A DNA stretch of 64,000 nucleotides, from assembly GCA_965231015.1 (NCBI GenBank), contig OZ246408.1, positions 19,755-83,754 on the forward strand, in the 5' to 3' direction. The stretch is from an uncultured Gammaproteobacteria bacterium. GTDB lineage: Bacteria; Patescibacteriota; Patescibacteriia; UBA9934; CAZDDW01. The notes beneath the pieces are model-generated. The model saw nothing but the letters and a program-made list of their open reading frames with translations. It was not told the DNA's origin and searched no databases. The stretch's first letter is position 1. Each line of letters starts with the position of its first letter. Position numbers and translations under genes: made by a program. Shown one piece after another: positions 31,613 through 40,832 of this stretch.

Positions 31613-34318
31613 CTACTTCATCTCCCCCCAGTTTTTCCCAATTTCTATATCCACCACTAACGGCACCTTAATTTTTACCACTTTTTCCATTAACTGTTTG
31701 ATCCTTTTACCAAATTCTTCGGCCTTATCTTTATCCGCCTCAAACACGAGCTCATCATGCACTTGCAACAAAATATCAATCCCTTCTTCTTGATCCGTCC
31801 ACTCACTTACTTTAAGCATAGCCATCTTCATTAAGTCTGAAGATGAGCCCTGAATTGGCATGTTGATCGCCATACGCTCGGCCGCGGCCACTAGCATCTG
31901 GACTCCTGAGTTGATTTCCGGCAAATAACGTCGTCGCCCAAACATGCTTTCCACAAACTCTTCTTCATGAGCCTTTTCTTTTACTGAATCTAAGTAATCT
32001 CGAACATTTACGTGAAGTTCAAAGTAACGCTCAATAAAATCCTGTGCTTCACTAAAGCTCATGTCAGTCTGAGCAGCGAGTGCTCGCGGGCCCATGCCAT
32101 ACACAATTCCAAAGTTGATTGCTTTGGCTGCCCGGCGCTGCTCCTTAGTCACTTTTGCCTCATCCAGTTCGAAAACTTCTGCCGCAGTTCGAGCGTGAAT
32201 ATCTGCCCCCTCACTGAACGCTTTTTGAAACGCTTTGTCACCCGTTATCTCGGCCACGAGTCGAAGTTCAATCTGCGAGTAATCTGCCGCGATTAAAACT
32301 TTACCCTTATCTGCCACAAACGCTTGACGCATTTGCCGACCAAGCTCGGTTCTGATTGGAATATTTTGTAAATTTGGGTCACTCGAACTAAGTCGTCCGG
32401 TTGCAGTCACGGTCTGATTATAACTTGTGTGAATTCGACCGTCGTCGCCAATCAATTTTGGCAGAGCATCAACATAAGTTGAAGCCAGCTTTGACAGTTC
32501 GCGATATTCTTCAATGAGTGGAATTATCTTGTGCTCGCCTTTTAGTTTCTCTAGTTCAGGTGCCGCAGTTGAATAACTTGATTTGGTTCTTTTAATACCT
32601 TTGGTGGGTAATTCAAGTTTTTCAAATAAAACGTCGGCCAACTGAGCAGGGGAGTTGATGTTGAATTCGGTTCCGGCCTGTTTGTGAATCGACGTTGTCA
32701 GTTTCTTAATCCTGTCATTCAGATCTTTGGAAAACTTTTCAAGAAACTTAAGATCAAGCTTGATTCCTGTTTGTTCCATCTGAAATAAAACTGGCACCAG
32801 CGGCATTTCAACTTCAAGGAACAACTTGTCCATTCCTTCTTCCTCGAGCTCCTTGATTTGAGCCTTGGCTAATTTCAAAAACACTGCCACGTTTGCACCA
32901 ACGGCTTTAGCCTCTTTTTCCGAACCGAACTGTTCCGGGAACTCCGGCAATTTCTCGCTCAAACTATCACGAACAATGGTCTCAATATCATAATTCCGAG
33001 CTCCTGAATTTAAAAGATATGCTCCGATCATTAAATCGTGAAATCGCAAATCGCTCGTCGCAGGTCGCACGTCGTTTAGAAACGACCCGCCACGCGCGAC
33101 GTGCCACGTGCTCAAAATGTGCATCATAGACTTTAGATCATGAACCACTACTTGCTTGGCAGAGTCTATAATCTCAAGCGCTTGCTTCAGTTGTTTATCA
33201 CTTGGATTCGATACTACGACGGTTTTCTTTCCGTCCGACATGGCGAGGATTGCAAGACCCGAGCCAAACAAATCGGCTTGCTGATTCTCACCAACAAAGA
33301 AAGCGAGTTCCTTGGCACCTTTCAAGATTTCGAGATCGTTCGAAATCTTTGCCAGATCCTTCTTAGCCTTCCTGGCTTTCCCTGCCTTCTCAATCTTCTC
33401 AGCGAGCCCCCGTTTTCTCAATAAACTTCTAAAATCATAATCTTTATAAAGCTCAACGATTCGCTCTTCATCTTGCTTACCAATCCTTACGTCCGACAAC
33501 TTAAACTTCACTGGCACGTCCGTTACAATTGTCACAAGCTCTTGCGATTCAAAGGCTTGTTGTTTCTGATCGAGCAACAACTCAAGCACTCGCGTCTTAA
33601 TCCCGAGCTTTTCTGCAGCCTTCTCAGCCTCCTTGGCCTTCCCGGCCTTCTCAGCCTCTTTATATAACTTCTCAAGTGAACCAAACTTTTGAATCAAATC
33701 AGTTGCGATCTTGTCACCGATTCCTTTGACTCCCGGAATGTTGTCTGAAGCGTCTCCTTTCAGCGCTTTGTAGTCAATCAACTCTTCCGGAGTTAAACCA
33801 TAACGCTCCTTGACCGCTTTTATGTCATACAGTTTGGTTTCAGAAATACCTTTTTGAAAAAACAACACCTTAGTTCCGTCGGTTAGAAGCTGTAGAGCAT
33901 CCAGATCCCCGGTCACAATCTGTACCTCGACCTCTGATTTTTTATCCATTTTCTTAGCTAGCGTCCCGATTACGTCATCAGCTTCAAACCCTTCAGCTTC
34001 ATAAGATGGGATATCAAAAGCCTCCAAGATTTCTTGAATCATTGGAATTTGATCATAAAGCTCTTGTTCCTTTGTTTCACGTGTTCCTTTGTAATCCTCA
34101 TATTTTTCATGCCGGAAAGTTTTTCCAGGTAAATCCCAAGCCACAGCCATATAGTCTGGCTTCCTGGTTTCAAGCATTTTCTCTAACACCATGGCAAAAC
34201 CGTATGCCGCGTTCACCACAAGTCCGTCCTTGGTGGTTAAAGGGGGAAGTGCATGCCACGCTCGGTGCAAAAGAGCATTGCCGTCCAAAATAAGGAATAG
34301 TTGTTTATTTTTTGACAT
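31613..34318 (-). CDS. polA: DNA polymerase I
   Basis: 5'-3' exonuclease (LILDGNALLHRAWHA, EADDVIG); polymerase motifs TGRLSSSDPNLQNIP, ADYSQIELR, QVHDELV. Confidence 0.98.
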   Translation of the reverse strand: MSKNKQLFLILDGNALLHRAWHALPPLTTKDGLVVNAAYGFAMVLEKMLETRKPDYMAVAWDLPGKTFRHEKYEDYKGTRETKEQELYDQIPMIQEILEAFDIPSYEAEGFEADDVIGTLAKKMDKKSEVEVQIVTGDLDALQLLTDGTKVLFFQKGISETKLYDIKAVKERYGLTPEELIDYKALKGDASDNIPGVKGIGDKIATDLIQKFGSLEKLYKEAEKAGKAKEAEKAAEKLGIKTRVLELLLDQKQQAFESQELVTIVTDVPVKFKLSDVRIGKQDEERIVELYKDYDFRSLLRKRGLAEKIEKAGKARKAKKDLAKISNDLEILKGAKELAFFVGENQQADLFGSGLAILAMSDGKKTVVVSNPSDKQLKQALEIIDSAKQVVVHDLKSMMHILSTWHVARGGSFLNDVRPATSDLRFHDLMIGAYLLNSGARNYDIETIVRDSLSEKLPEFPEQFGSEKEAKAVGANVAVFLKLAKAQIKELEEEGMDKLFLEVEMPLVPVLFQMEQTGIKLDLKFLEKFSKDLNDRIKKLTTSIHKQAGTEFNINSPAQLADVLFEKLELPTKGIKRTKSSYSTAAPELEKLKGEHKIIPLIEEYRELSKLASTYVDALPKLIGDDGRIHTSYNQTVTATGRLSSSDPNLQNIPIRTELGRQMRQAFVADKGKVLIAADYSQIELRLVAEITGDKAFQKAFSEGADIHARTAAEVFELDEAKVTKEQRRAAKAINFGIVYGMGPRALAAQTDMSFSEAQDFIERYFELHVNVRDYLDSVKEKAHEEEFVESMFGRRRYLPEINSGVQMLVAAAERMAINMPIQGSSSDLMKMAMLKVSEWTDQEEGIDILLQVHDELVFEADKDKAEEFGKRIKQLMEKVVKIKVPLVVDIEIGKNWGEMK

Positions 34319-34397
34319 ATAGGTATTTTAGCATTGTTGGGTCTCGACGGGTAGGGCTTGATTTATTTCCAAATATCTGCTAAGATCAGCTGCACAT

Positions 34398-34472
34398 GGC
34401 GGCTATAGTTCAATGGTAGAACACTGGTTTGTGGTACCAGTTACGAGGGTTCAATTCCCTCTAGTCGCCCCA
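34398..34472 (+). tRNA. tRNA-His(GTG)
   Basis: GGCGGCTATAGTTCAATGGTAGAACACTGGTTTGTGGTACCAGTTACGAGGGTTCAATTCCCTCTAGTCGCCCCA; includes G-1. Confidence 0.94.
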
Positions 34473-34541
34473 AGGGGAACTCTTTGGCTCCGGTCGAAGG
34501 GTTTTCTTTTTTAACTGAAAAGATGCTACAATTTAATCACT

Positions 34542-35837
34542 ATGGATTATTTAAAAGAAATACAAACTTCCGCCCCACCCCCTGAACGTCCGGATGACAA
34601 ACCGGACGACGTGGTTGGGGATCCAACATATCCAAAAGAGGTGGTTGGTGAACTTGTTGACCGGGCTCGAAAAAAACCCGAGTCGGTTGATTGGGCTTTA
34701 GTGGCCTACGAACTTGGCCTGACTCCACAAGAACTCAGACAGTATTTACCTGAAGATATTCTTAAAAAAACAGAACAAGTTAAAACGGTTGAGGACCGAG
34801 AAGCCGCCCAAAAAGAAAAAGACGAAGCAAAAATCAAAGAATTGGCAGAGGCAATTGCTGGTTTCAAAAAAGCTCGGATTGAGAAAAGGAAAAAACTTTA
34901 TGAGCCAGTTTCAGATGAACACATCGAAAAGGCACTTAAACACATGCGTGGTGATCTTGGACTGCGTCGAGCCTACCAAGACATCATGGTTAAAAACAAC
35001 AGGGAGGCTTTGGAAGAAAAAAGTGAGGTTCAACTTAAACAGCTCCAGCAAATATATTTTGGTGAGCCAACTTTCTTAGAAAAAACTTTGCCCTGGAAAC
35101 GTAAACAAGTTGAGGCTGAGCGAAGAGACAAAGAAGAACGCTTACAAAAATTCAGGCAGTACCTTGAAAGCAGCCAAGCCATGCTATGTGAACAGAATCC
35201 AGAAATGACCATGAGTGATCAAGAAAGTCAGATCAGTAATGAGCCGGCATACTCGAACTTGGCATTACTCGATCAAACCAACAAACCAATTTCCGGAACT
35301 CGTTTTTACGAACCAACTGACAGCAAAATTAAAAAAAGCAAACTTCGTGAAACAGGTCAAATGATCATGAATGATTTGGACCACATGGCTAAACGAACAT
35401 CTCCGGAGCGAACTTTAGGTGGTTATTTAAATAATGTTTTCGATTGGAAAATCGGGCAGGAGATACTGGCTACATATTTTGCCTCAGTTTTTGAGTCACC
35501 TGAAGAAGCCGCTCGCTTTTTAAATGATCCCTACAACAAAAATAATACTGGCTGGTCTTTTCGTTTAAGACCGGAAAAATACAAAACACCGGATCAAGTT
35601 AAAAAACAGCAATCAAAACCCGACTTAACTGAAGAAGAGCGTGAAGACTTGGGCATGGAGGCCTTAATTGCTAAAACCAAGCAGGGAATCAGCTCAAATG
35701 CTAGGGCAGAGGAACTTACGAAAAAAATGGCCAAAATTTGGGATAAAACAGGAATTTATCCACCATTAAATCTTCAGGTTAGGTTAGAAAAGAAAGCGGT
35801 GTCCGGAGTTGCTGCCCAATCACAAGAGGCGGCCTAA
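34542..35837 (+). CDS. Hypothetical charged/coiled-coil protein
   Basis: 431-aa ORF with host-like composition; no recognised motif. Confidence 0.7.
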   Translation: MDYLKEIQTSAPPPERPDDKPDDVVGDPTYPKEVVGELVDRARKKPESVDWALVAYELGLTPQELRQYLPEDILKKTEQVKTVEDREAAQKEKDEAKIKELAEAIAGFKKARIEKRKKLYEPVSDEHIEKALKHMRGDLGLRRAYQDIMVKNNREALEEKSEVQLKQLQQIYFGEPTFLEKTLPWKRKQVEAERRDKEERLQKFRQYLESSQAMLCEQNPEMTMSDQESQISNEPAYSNLALLDQTNKPISGTRFYEPTDSKIKKSKLRETGQMIMNDLDHMAKRTSPERTLGGYLNNVFDWKIGQEILATYFASVFESPEEAARFLNDPYNKNNTGWSFRLRPEKYKTPDQVKKQQSKPDLTEEEREDLGMEALIAKTKQGISSNARAEELTKKMAKIWDKTGIYPPLNLQVRLEKKAVSGVAAQSQEAA

Positions 35838-35948
35838 CTTGCTAAATATAAAAGGTTGTGCTATTTGTGTGGACACTAAAGCATTGATTTTAAAGCATTA
35901 TAATGCTAAGATCGAGGCACAAATTGAATTATTAACGCCAAAAATATT

Positions 35949-36239
35949 ATGGCTAACAAGCGATTGACCAAAAATCAGCTTATGGCAGCGCTCGCTGAAA
36001 AGTGGGGCGTAAGCAAAAAAGAGGCCGAGGAAATGTATGAAGGTCTCGTAGATCTCATCTACCACGAGATTAAAGGTGAGTCTGGTGAGATTATGCTCCC
36101 AGGTCTTGGAAAGATGGCCAAGAAACACCGTAAAGCACGTATGGGTCGAAACCCAATGACTGGTGAAGAAATTCAGATTCCAGCCAAGACTGTGCTCAAG
36201 TTCACTGTTAACAAAGCCGCCAAGGACGCATTGCTGTAA
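35949..36239 (+). CDS. hup: HU family DNA-binding protein
   Basis: LPGLGK....RKARMGRNPMTGEEIQIPAK..LKF. Confidence 0.93.
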   Translation: MANKRLTKNQLMAALAEKWGVSKKEAEEMYEGLVDLIYHEIKGESGEIMLPGLGKMAKKHRKARMGRNPMTGEEIQIPAKTVLKFTVNKAAKDALL

Positions 36240-36243
36240 GAAC

Positions 36244-36271
36244 GTAGGGGTCAACGGCCGTTGACCTGTAC
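36244..36271 (+). repeat. GTAG-type REP-like palindrome
   Basis: GTAGGGGTCAACGGCCGTTGACCTGTAC just after the HU stop codon. Confidence 0.65.
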
Positions 36272-36339
36272 AGATAGAAAAATTTCAAAGCATCTCCCGT
36301 TTAAGCGCCGGGGGGTGTTTTGTTTTAGTAGCTTTGGAA

Positions 36340-36444
36340 TTAAATAGTTGGCTTTGCCTCATATTCAAGGAAGGCCGACGATTTCGATATGGACATATCG
36401 ATGAGGAGGCCTGACGCAGAAGATGAGGTAAAGACAATATTTAA
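36340..36444. repeat. Imperfect inverted-repeat element (REPIN/MITE-like)
   Basis: TTAAATAGTTGGCTTTGCCTCATATTC / GAAGATGAGGTAAAGACAATATTTAA arms, inner AGGCC/GGCCT, central TCGATATG-GA-CATATCGA. Confidence 0.65.
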
Positions 36445-36578
36445 AACAAAGGTGGTGAAACAAAGCATTCCCAAAGGGTGTTTTATTTTGGAATTTATGT
36501 TTCTGAACAAAGAAGATCGCCCAGGACCGAAAGGTCGAGGACGATCGAATGAGAGACAATCGCGGGAGCAAGTTGCGG

Positions 36579-37139
36579 CTAGCGCGGGAACGGATGCGAC
36601 GGATCCTTGAAGAACACCATCTGAACGCCGTCGAACACGAGCCAGTACTCGTAGAAGACGTTTTCGGTACCCCCTTTTTCCGTATCACTCCAGTAGAACA
36701 CCTTGTGGCCGTGGATGTCCCAATCAGAGTAATCGATCAAGGCCAGGTCGGGAATGTCTGGAAGAGCACACACCTGACCCTTGGCATTACCAAGGTAAAA
36801 ACCGTAGGTACAACCACCCGAGCCACAGGAGCCAACATCGATGTAATCCGCATAGCTGTCTCCGTTCAGATCGACTGCCAGCCGGTGAGAGTACGTGTTC
36901 TGGAACGGGAAAGTAATCAGACGGTTGTCGTCCGGTGGTGGCGGAAGCACTGACTTGGATTCCCAGTTGCACCGGGGCAACTTGTGATTGTTGCTCTCGA
37001 TACTGGTCGTCACCTGGTCCCTGGTCTGACACAGGGCCGGGTTGTCGTGACAGGACTGAGGCTTCATGTCCTGCGCCGTGGCCGGCGTGAGGAGGATGAA
37101 GTTGATGATCTGGGTGAGAAGGATCAGGGTCGGTCGCAT
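36579..37139 (-). CDS. Secreted Cys-containing hypothetical protein
   Basis: TTGACA-17-TAGTTT promoter, SD AAAGGAG, signal peptide MRPTLILL...ATA, DLNGD and CGSGGCTY motifs; GC-rich. Confidence 0.65.
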   Translation of the reverse strand: MRPTLILLTQIINFILLTPATAQDMKPQSCHDNPALCQTRDQVTTSIESNNHKLPRCNWESKSVLPPPPDDNRLITFPFQNTYSHRLAVDLNGDSYADYIDVGSCGSGGCTYGFYLGNAKGQVCALPDIPDLALIDYSDWDIHGHKVFYWSDTEKGGTENVFYEYWLVFDGVQMVFFKDPSHPFPR

Positions 37140-37180
37140 GTCTTGCTCCTTTCGCGACAACCCAAACTACCATCTTCTGC

Positions 37181-37354
37181 CTAAATTGTCAACCAATAAA
37201 AAACGAGTCGCATCCGGAGATACGACCCTTGGAAGGCTGTGTCGGTGTCGAGTGAGACGCTAACGATTTGATAGTCAGCAAAGAGCAAGAGCACAGCAGC
37301 AGCTGCGAAGATCAGGAGGGACACGGCAAAACCGTGACCCTGGATCCACTTTAC
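37181..37354 (-). pseudogene. Remnant N-terminus of a secreted/membrane protein gene (start codon GTA)
   Basis: Perfect SD AAGGAGGTGA, then GTA AAG TGG... reading (V)KWIQGHGFAVSLLIFAAAAVLLLFADYQ; a terminator hairpin lies within it. Confidence 0.35.
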
Positions 37355-38256
37355 AGATCACCTCCTTTTACTTCGAGCCATGCTGTGAAAGTGTTGTAAA
37401 CGAGGTAAAGATCGACCTCTTCTTCCCAATCTGATCCTATCTCGTTTGACCACTCTTCCTTTGGTGTGGCACACACTCGAACTCCGTCGTCGAGGTAGGG
37501 CGCTTCCAAACCGTGGAAGTGAAGACCAAAGTTTGATGGTGCGTAAAAGGTGTCGCCACGACTGGTCCCACCCCAAACAGCGTATTGCTCACCCGGGAAC
37601 GAAACGTAGGGTCCACGCTCCTCGTACCACCCGACTTCCGCATCGGTCGCAATAGACTCGTTTTCAAGTCGTGCCCAGCACGAACGCACAGCAAAGTCGT
37701 GTACCCCGTAGGGACTGACGCAGGTGTCGAAGGTCCCGAGTCTTATTTCCAAGTTCATGTCATCCGGTTCACACATGCCGTGGATGTGGTCCTCAGCGTC
37801 GTACGGTTGTCGCCAATTGTCAGCTCCGGCAGAAGCCAGCAACAGTTCGCTCACCGTGCAAAGCCGGCGGCCATAAAGACCAACTCGCTCTTCGAAGTCC
37901 ACGATAGACGCGAGACTCAACCCGTCGTGTGGCCAGTACTCGCCAATTCGATTCGGAAACGGATACTTAGCGATACAAAATGAATCCAGCTGCATTTCGC
38001 GTTCAGCTATCACCAAGTGTGAGTAGTACTGGCTCAAAATATCGCTATCCCACTCACCAAGAGTAAACGTTCCGCCGTCGATCAACACCATGCCATCAGG
38101 ACAGGTTCCGATCGGCTCAATCGAGTCGTCATCATCCCCGGTTGTATCATCGTCGCCAGCAGAGGTTTCATCTTCGTCATCGACCTCCACCGAATCACAA
38201 CACAGAGTCGTGCAGATTAGTAGGAAAAAGAACCAGATCCGAGTGTACTTGAACAC
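37351..38256 (-). CDS. FGE-sulfatase (SUMF1-like fold) domain secreted protein/lipoprotein with DDDT tract
   Basis: CPDGMVLIDGGTFTLG, FCIAKYPFPN, RRLCT..E, CVSPYGVHD, G.R.C end motif; GTG start with SD GGAGGTG; promoter TTGACA-17-TATTAT. Confidence 0.75.
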   Translation of the reverse strand: MFKYTRIWFFFLLICTTLCCDSVEVDDEDETSAGDDDTTGDDDDSIEPIGTCPDGMVLIDGGTFTLGEWDSDILSQYYSHLVIAEREMQLDSFCIAKYPFPNRIGEYWPHDGLSLASIVDFEERVGLYGRRLCTVSELLLASAGADNWRQPYDAEDHIHGMCEPDDMNLEIRLGTFDTCVSPYGVHDFAVRSCWARLENESIATDAEVGWYEERGPYVSFPGEQYAVWGGTSRGDTFYAPSNFGLHFHGLEAPYLDDGVRVCATPKEEWSNEIGSDWEEEVDLYLVYNTFTAWLEVKGGDL

Positions 38257-38338
38257 TCTTCCACCTCCAAGAACAGGATAATAAGGTGAAAAATATATTT
38301 TGTCAACCAAAAAACCTCGAAACAATTTCGAGGTCTTG

Positions 38339-38413
38339 TGGTACACCCGGAGGGATTCGAACCCCCAACCAAGAGCTTAGAACGCTCCTGCTCTTCCGTT
38401 GAGCTACGGGTGC
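38339..38413 (-). tRNA. tRNA-Arg(TCT)
   Basis: GCACCCGTAGCTCAACGGAAGAGCAGGAGCGTTCTAAGCTCTTGGTTGGGGGTTCGAATCCCTCCGGGTGTACCA. Confidence 0.9.
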
Positions 38414-38475
38414 AAGTAACAAATATTAGCATAAAAACCCGGTTTCGTCAACCGAAACCCGGTTCTCTCTACCTT

Positions 38476-39420
38476 CTACTTTCTACTTTTACCATGAAAC
38501 TTCTGATGAATCGATTTCAACTGCTTGTTGGTAATGTGAGTGTAGATTTGAGTAGTCGTAATTGAAGCGTGACCAAGCAAATCCTGAACCGCGCGCACAT
38601 CCGCTCCGGCCATAAGCATGTCCGTAGCAAAAGTGTGACGCAAAGTGTGTGGGGTAATCCGTTTAGTGATTCCGGCGTCACGGGCGCAACGCTTGACCAT
38701 CCGCTCAATTGATCGCGGAGTAATTGGACCAGACTCTTCACGTCCTTTCTTGGCCCGGTCATGTGAAACAAATAGATATGGCGAAGTGTCGGTTCGTTTA
38801 TCAACGTACTGCTTGATCCACTTTTTAGCTTCATCGGATAAAAACACCACTCGAGGTTTGTCACCTTTTCCACGCACAGTAAACTCGTCCCTTTTTAAGT
38901 TTACCTGCTCGATTTTCAAATTCGCCACCTCTGAAACACGTAGTCCTGTTGAAAACAAGGTTTCTAAAATTGCCCTATCACGCAACTGCACCACTGACCA
39001 CCCCCTTTTTCCGGTCTTGACCTTATACTTTTTCATGGACGCATTCAACAACCTCTCTAACTCGTCCTCTTCCAGAAATTCAACCGTACGAGTTGATTGC
39101 TTGGCCAACTCTATTGTCTCAGGAGCAAGACTTTTTATGTCCCGTCGAGCTAAATACTTCAAAAAGGCTCGGAGAGCAATAAGGTGATAATTTTGAGTAT
39201 TCTTTTTAAGGGTCTCTTCATTGCGCCCAGGCACAGACCGATTTAACCATAAACGATATTTACGAACCTTTTCCTTCGTGATGCTTTGTGGTGAAGGGTT
39301 CCCGGCCCAATCACAAAAACGACACAAATAAAAATCGTAATTACGAATCGTTTTGTTTGATCGACCCCGCTCAATTTCCAAATGCTCAAGAAAATCTGTG
39401 ATTAGTTTATTCATTTTCAT
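38476..39420 (-). CDS. xerC: XerC/XerD-family tyrosine recombinase
   Basis: N-terminal SAM-like domain (ERGRS.KT..NY, ALRAFLKYL); catalytic TGLRVSE, GKGDK, HTLRH, LLGH, TQIY. Confidence 0.85.
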   Translation of the reverse strand: MKMNKLITDFLEHLEIERGRSNKTIRNYDFYLCRFCDWAGNPSPQSITKEKVRKYRLWLNRSVPGRNEETLKKNTQNYHLIALRAFLKYLARRDIKSLAPETIELAKQSTRTVEFLEEDELERLLNASMKKYKVKTGKRGWSVVQLRDRAILETLFSTGLRVSEVANLKIEQVNLKRDEFTVRGKGDKPRVVFLSDEAKKWIKQYVDKRTDTSPYLFVSHDRAKKGREESGPITPRSIERMVKRCARDAGITKRITPHTLRHTFATDMLMAGADVRAVQDLLGHASITTTQIYTHITNKQLKSIHQKFHGKSRK

Positions 39421-39506
39421 AGCTCTTACATTATACGACACATTGACCAAAAACCAAATTCTTGGTAAGAAGAAACCTCATCAACCAACCACCAAGGAGG
39501 AATCCG

Positions 39507-40661
39507 ATGAGAAACCTTGCACCTTTCATCGTGCTGGTGGTGAGCCTGTTCATCGGGTTTACCTCCCAGGCCGAGACCACCTTCGATCTTGAAGTTTACC
39601 GGGCCACCGGATGGGATCAGGCCACCTGCCAGACCCGCTTTGGTTCCCACTACTGGGATCCGAGCTTTGGCCAGTGTGGCGCCTGTCTTTGCCACCCAAA
39701 CGCATTCCCGCTCTACGAAGCTCGTGTTGACGCCTGCTTGAGCATCGACACCTGGCTCGACTACCAGAAGACGTTCGGACTCGTCCCTGCGGCCAAACTT
39801 CCGGACTGTTCTGCCAAGGCCAAAGCAGGCGGCAGCGGGGAATCCGATGCGTCTTATCCCTGCCGCGACTGCGACGGTGACGGGTACAGCTTCGAACACG
39901 ACTGCGATGACTGGTCATACGCAATCTATCCCGGTGCTCCGGAAGTGGCGAACAATCGGGTAGACGAAGACTGTGACGGCGAAGACCTGCTGACCACAGA
40001 AGAACCGGCACCGGTTTTGGAAGAAAAATCCAAGGAAAATTCGGACGAACCCAAGAGCCAGCCAGCGCATGAGTCCACGACCACGACCAATCCTGATCCT
40101 GATCCTGATCCTGAAGCAGAGCCCAGACCCGAACCAACAGGCTCGAACTTGCTCGAGGAGGCTGGGATTGACGCCTCGTTCGAAAAGCTCGCGCCGAGTC
40201 TTTACACGGTCGGACCAGGCCAGATGCGCGAGTACGGCGGCTTCAAAATGCGCACAGCTTCAGGCACGGACAATGTGTATGTGACCGAGGAAGACGGTAA
40301 TCATGTTCTGGAGCTAATGGTCGGGCGGGAACGCGACGAACAAAACCCATTGAACGCGGTCTTGGTCATGCCCGGGATCGAACTGGTCGAGAATGGTCAG
40401 TACCTATTCAGTTTCCGCTACCGAGCTCTGGCCGAGTTCAAGTTACAGTTGGCCGTATACCCAAGCGGGGAAGAGCCTTTGGGAGCACCCTACATCACAG
40501 AGGTGAGCATTCTACCAAGCCCTGACAACTGGCATGACGTCAGCATGAATCTGGATCCGGGTCTGCCCGAGGGAACCTATGACCTGGCTCTTGGTTGGGC
40601 CAATGTCAGGGAAAGATTGTTAGTACTTGATCGCCTGTTCCTTGCACAAAAACTCGATTAG
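39507..40661 (+). CDS. Secreted protein: Cys-rich N-domain, MopE-like motif, Pro/Asp linker, beta-sandwich (CBM-like) C-domain
   Basis: SD AAGGAGG, signal peptide, DCDGDGYS..DCDD...IYPGAPE..NNRVDEDCDG, NLL...FE and Y.FSFRYR segments. Confidence 0.75.
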   Translation: MRNLAPFIVLVVSLFIGFTSQAETTFDLEVYRATGWDQATCQTRFGSHYWDPSFGQCGACLCHPNAFPLYEARVDACLSIDTWLDYQKTFGLVPAAKLPDCSAKAKAGGSGESDASYPCRDCDGDGYSFEHDCDDWSYAIYPGAPEVANNRVDEDCDGEDLLTTEEPAPVLEEKSKENSDEPKSQPAHESTTTTNPDPDPDPEAEPRPEPTGSNLLEEAGIDASFEKLAPSLYTVGPGQMREYGGFKMRTASGTDNVYVTEEDGNHVLELMVGRERDEQNPLNAVLVMPGIELVENGQYLFSFRYRALAEFKLQLAVYPSGEEPLGAPYITEVSILPSPDNWHDVSMNLDPGLPEGTYDLALGWANVRERLLVLDRLFLAQKLD

Positions 40662-40832
40662 GATTACAACAGGTCCTGTCCACGCCGCACCCAAAAAAGG
40701 TGTGGCCTTCTTTTTGCCTAATTTTAGTCAAAGCGTTCCGAATCGGGGTTGACAATTTCGCTAAAATATGATATAAAAATCGGTCATTTTGGCTACCTAT
40801 ACTTGTATAAAATAAGAAAGGAGGGCCGCCAA

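Noticed and set aside
36365-36953. ORFs 36389-36610, 36365-36688 and 36549-36953
   Set aside because: They overlap the inverted-repeat element, terminators or the antisense strand of the 36579-37139 gene.
36500-39450. Classical integron or tRNA-integrated element
   Set aside because: No attC array, no duplicated tRNA 3' end, and the recombinase looks like ordinary Xer.
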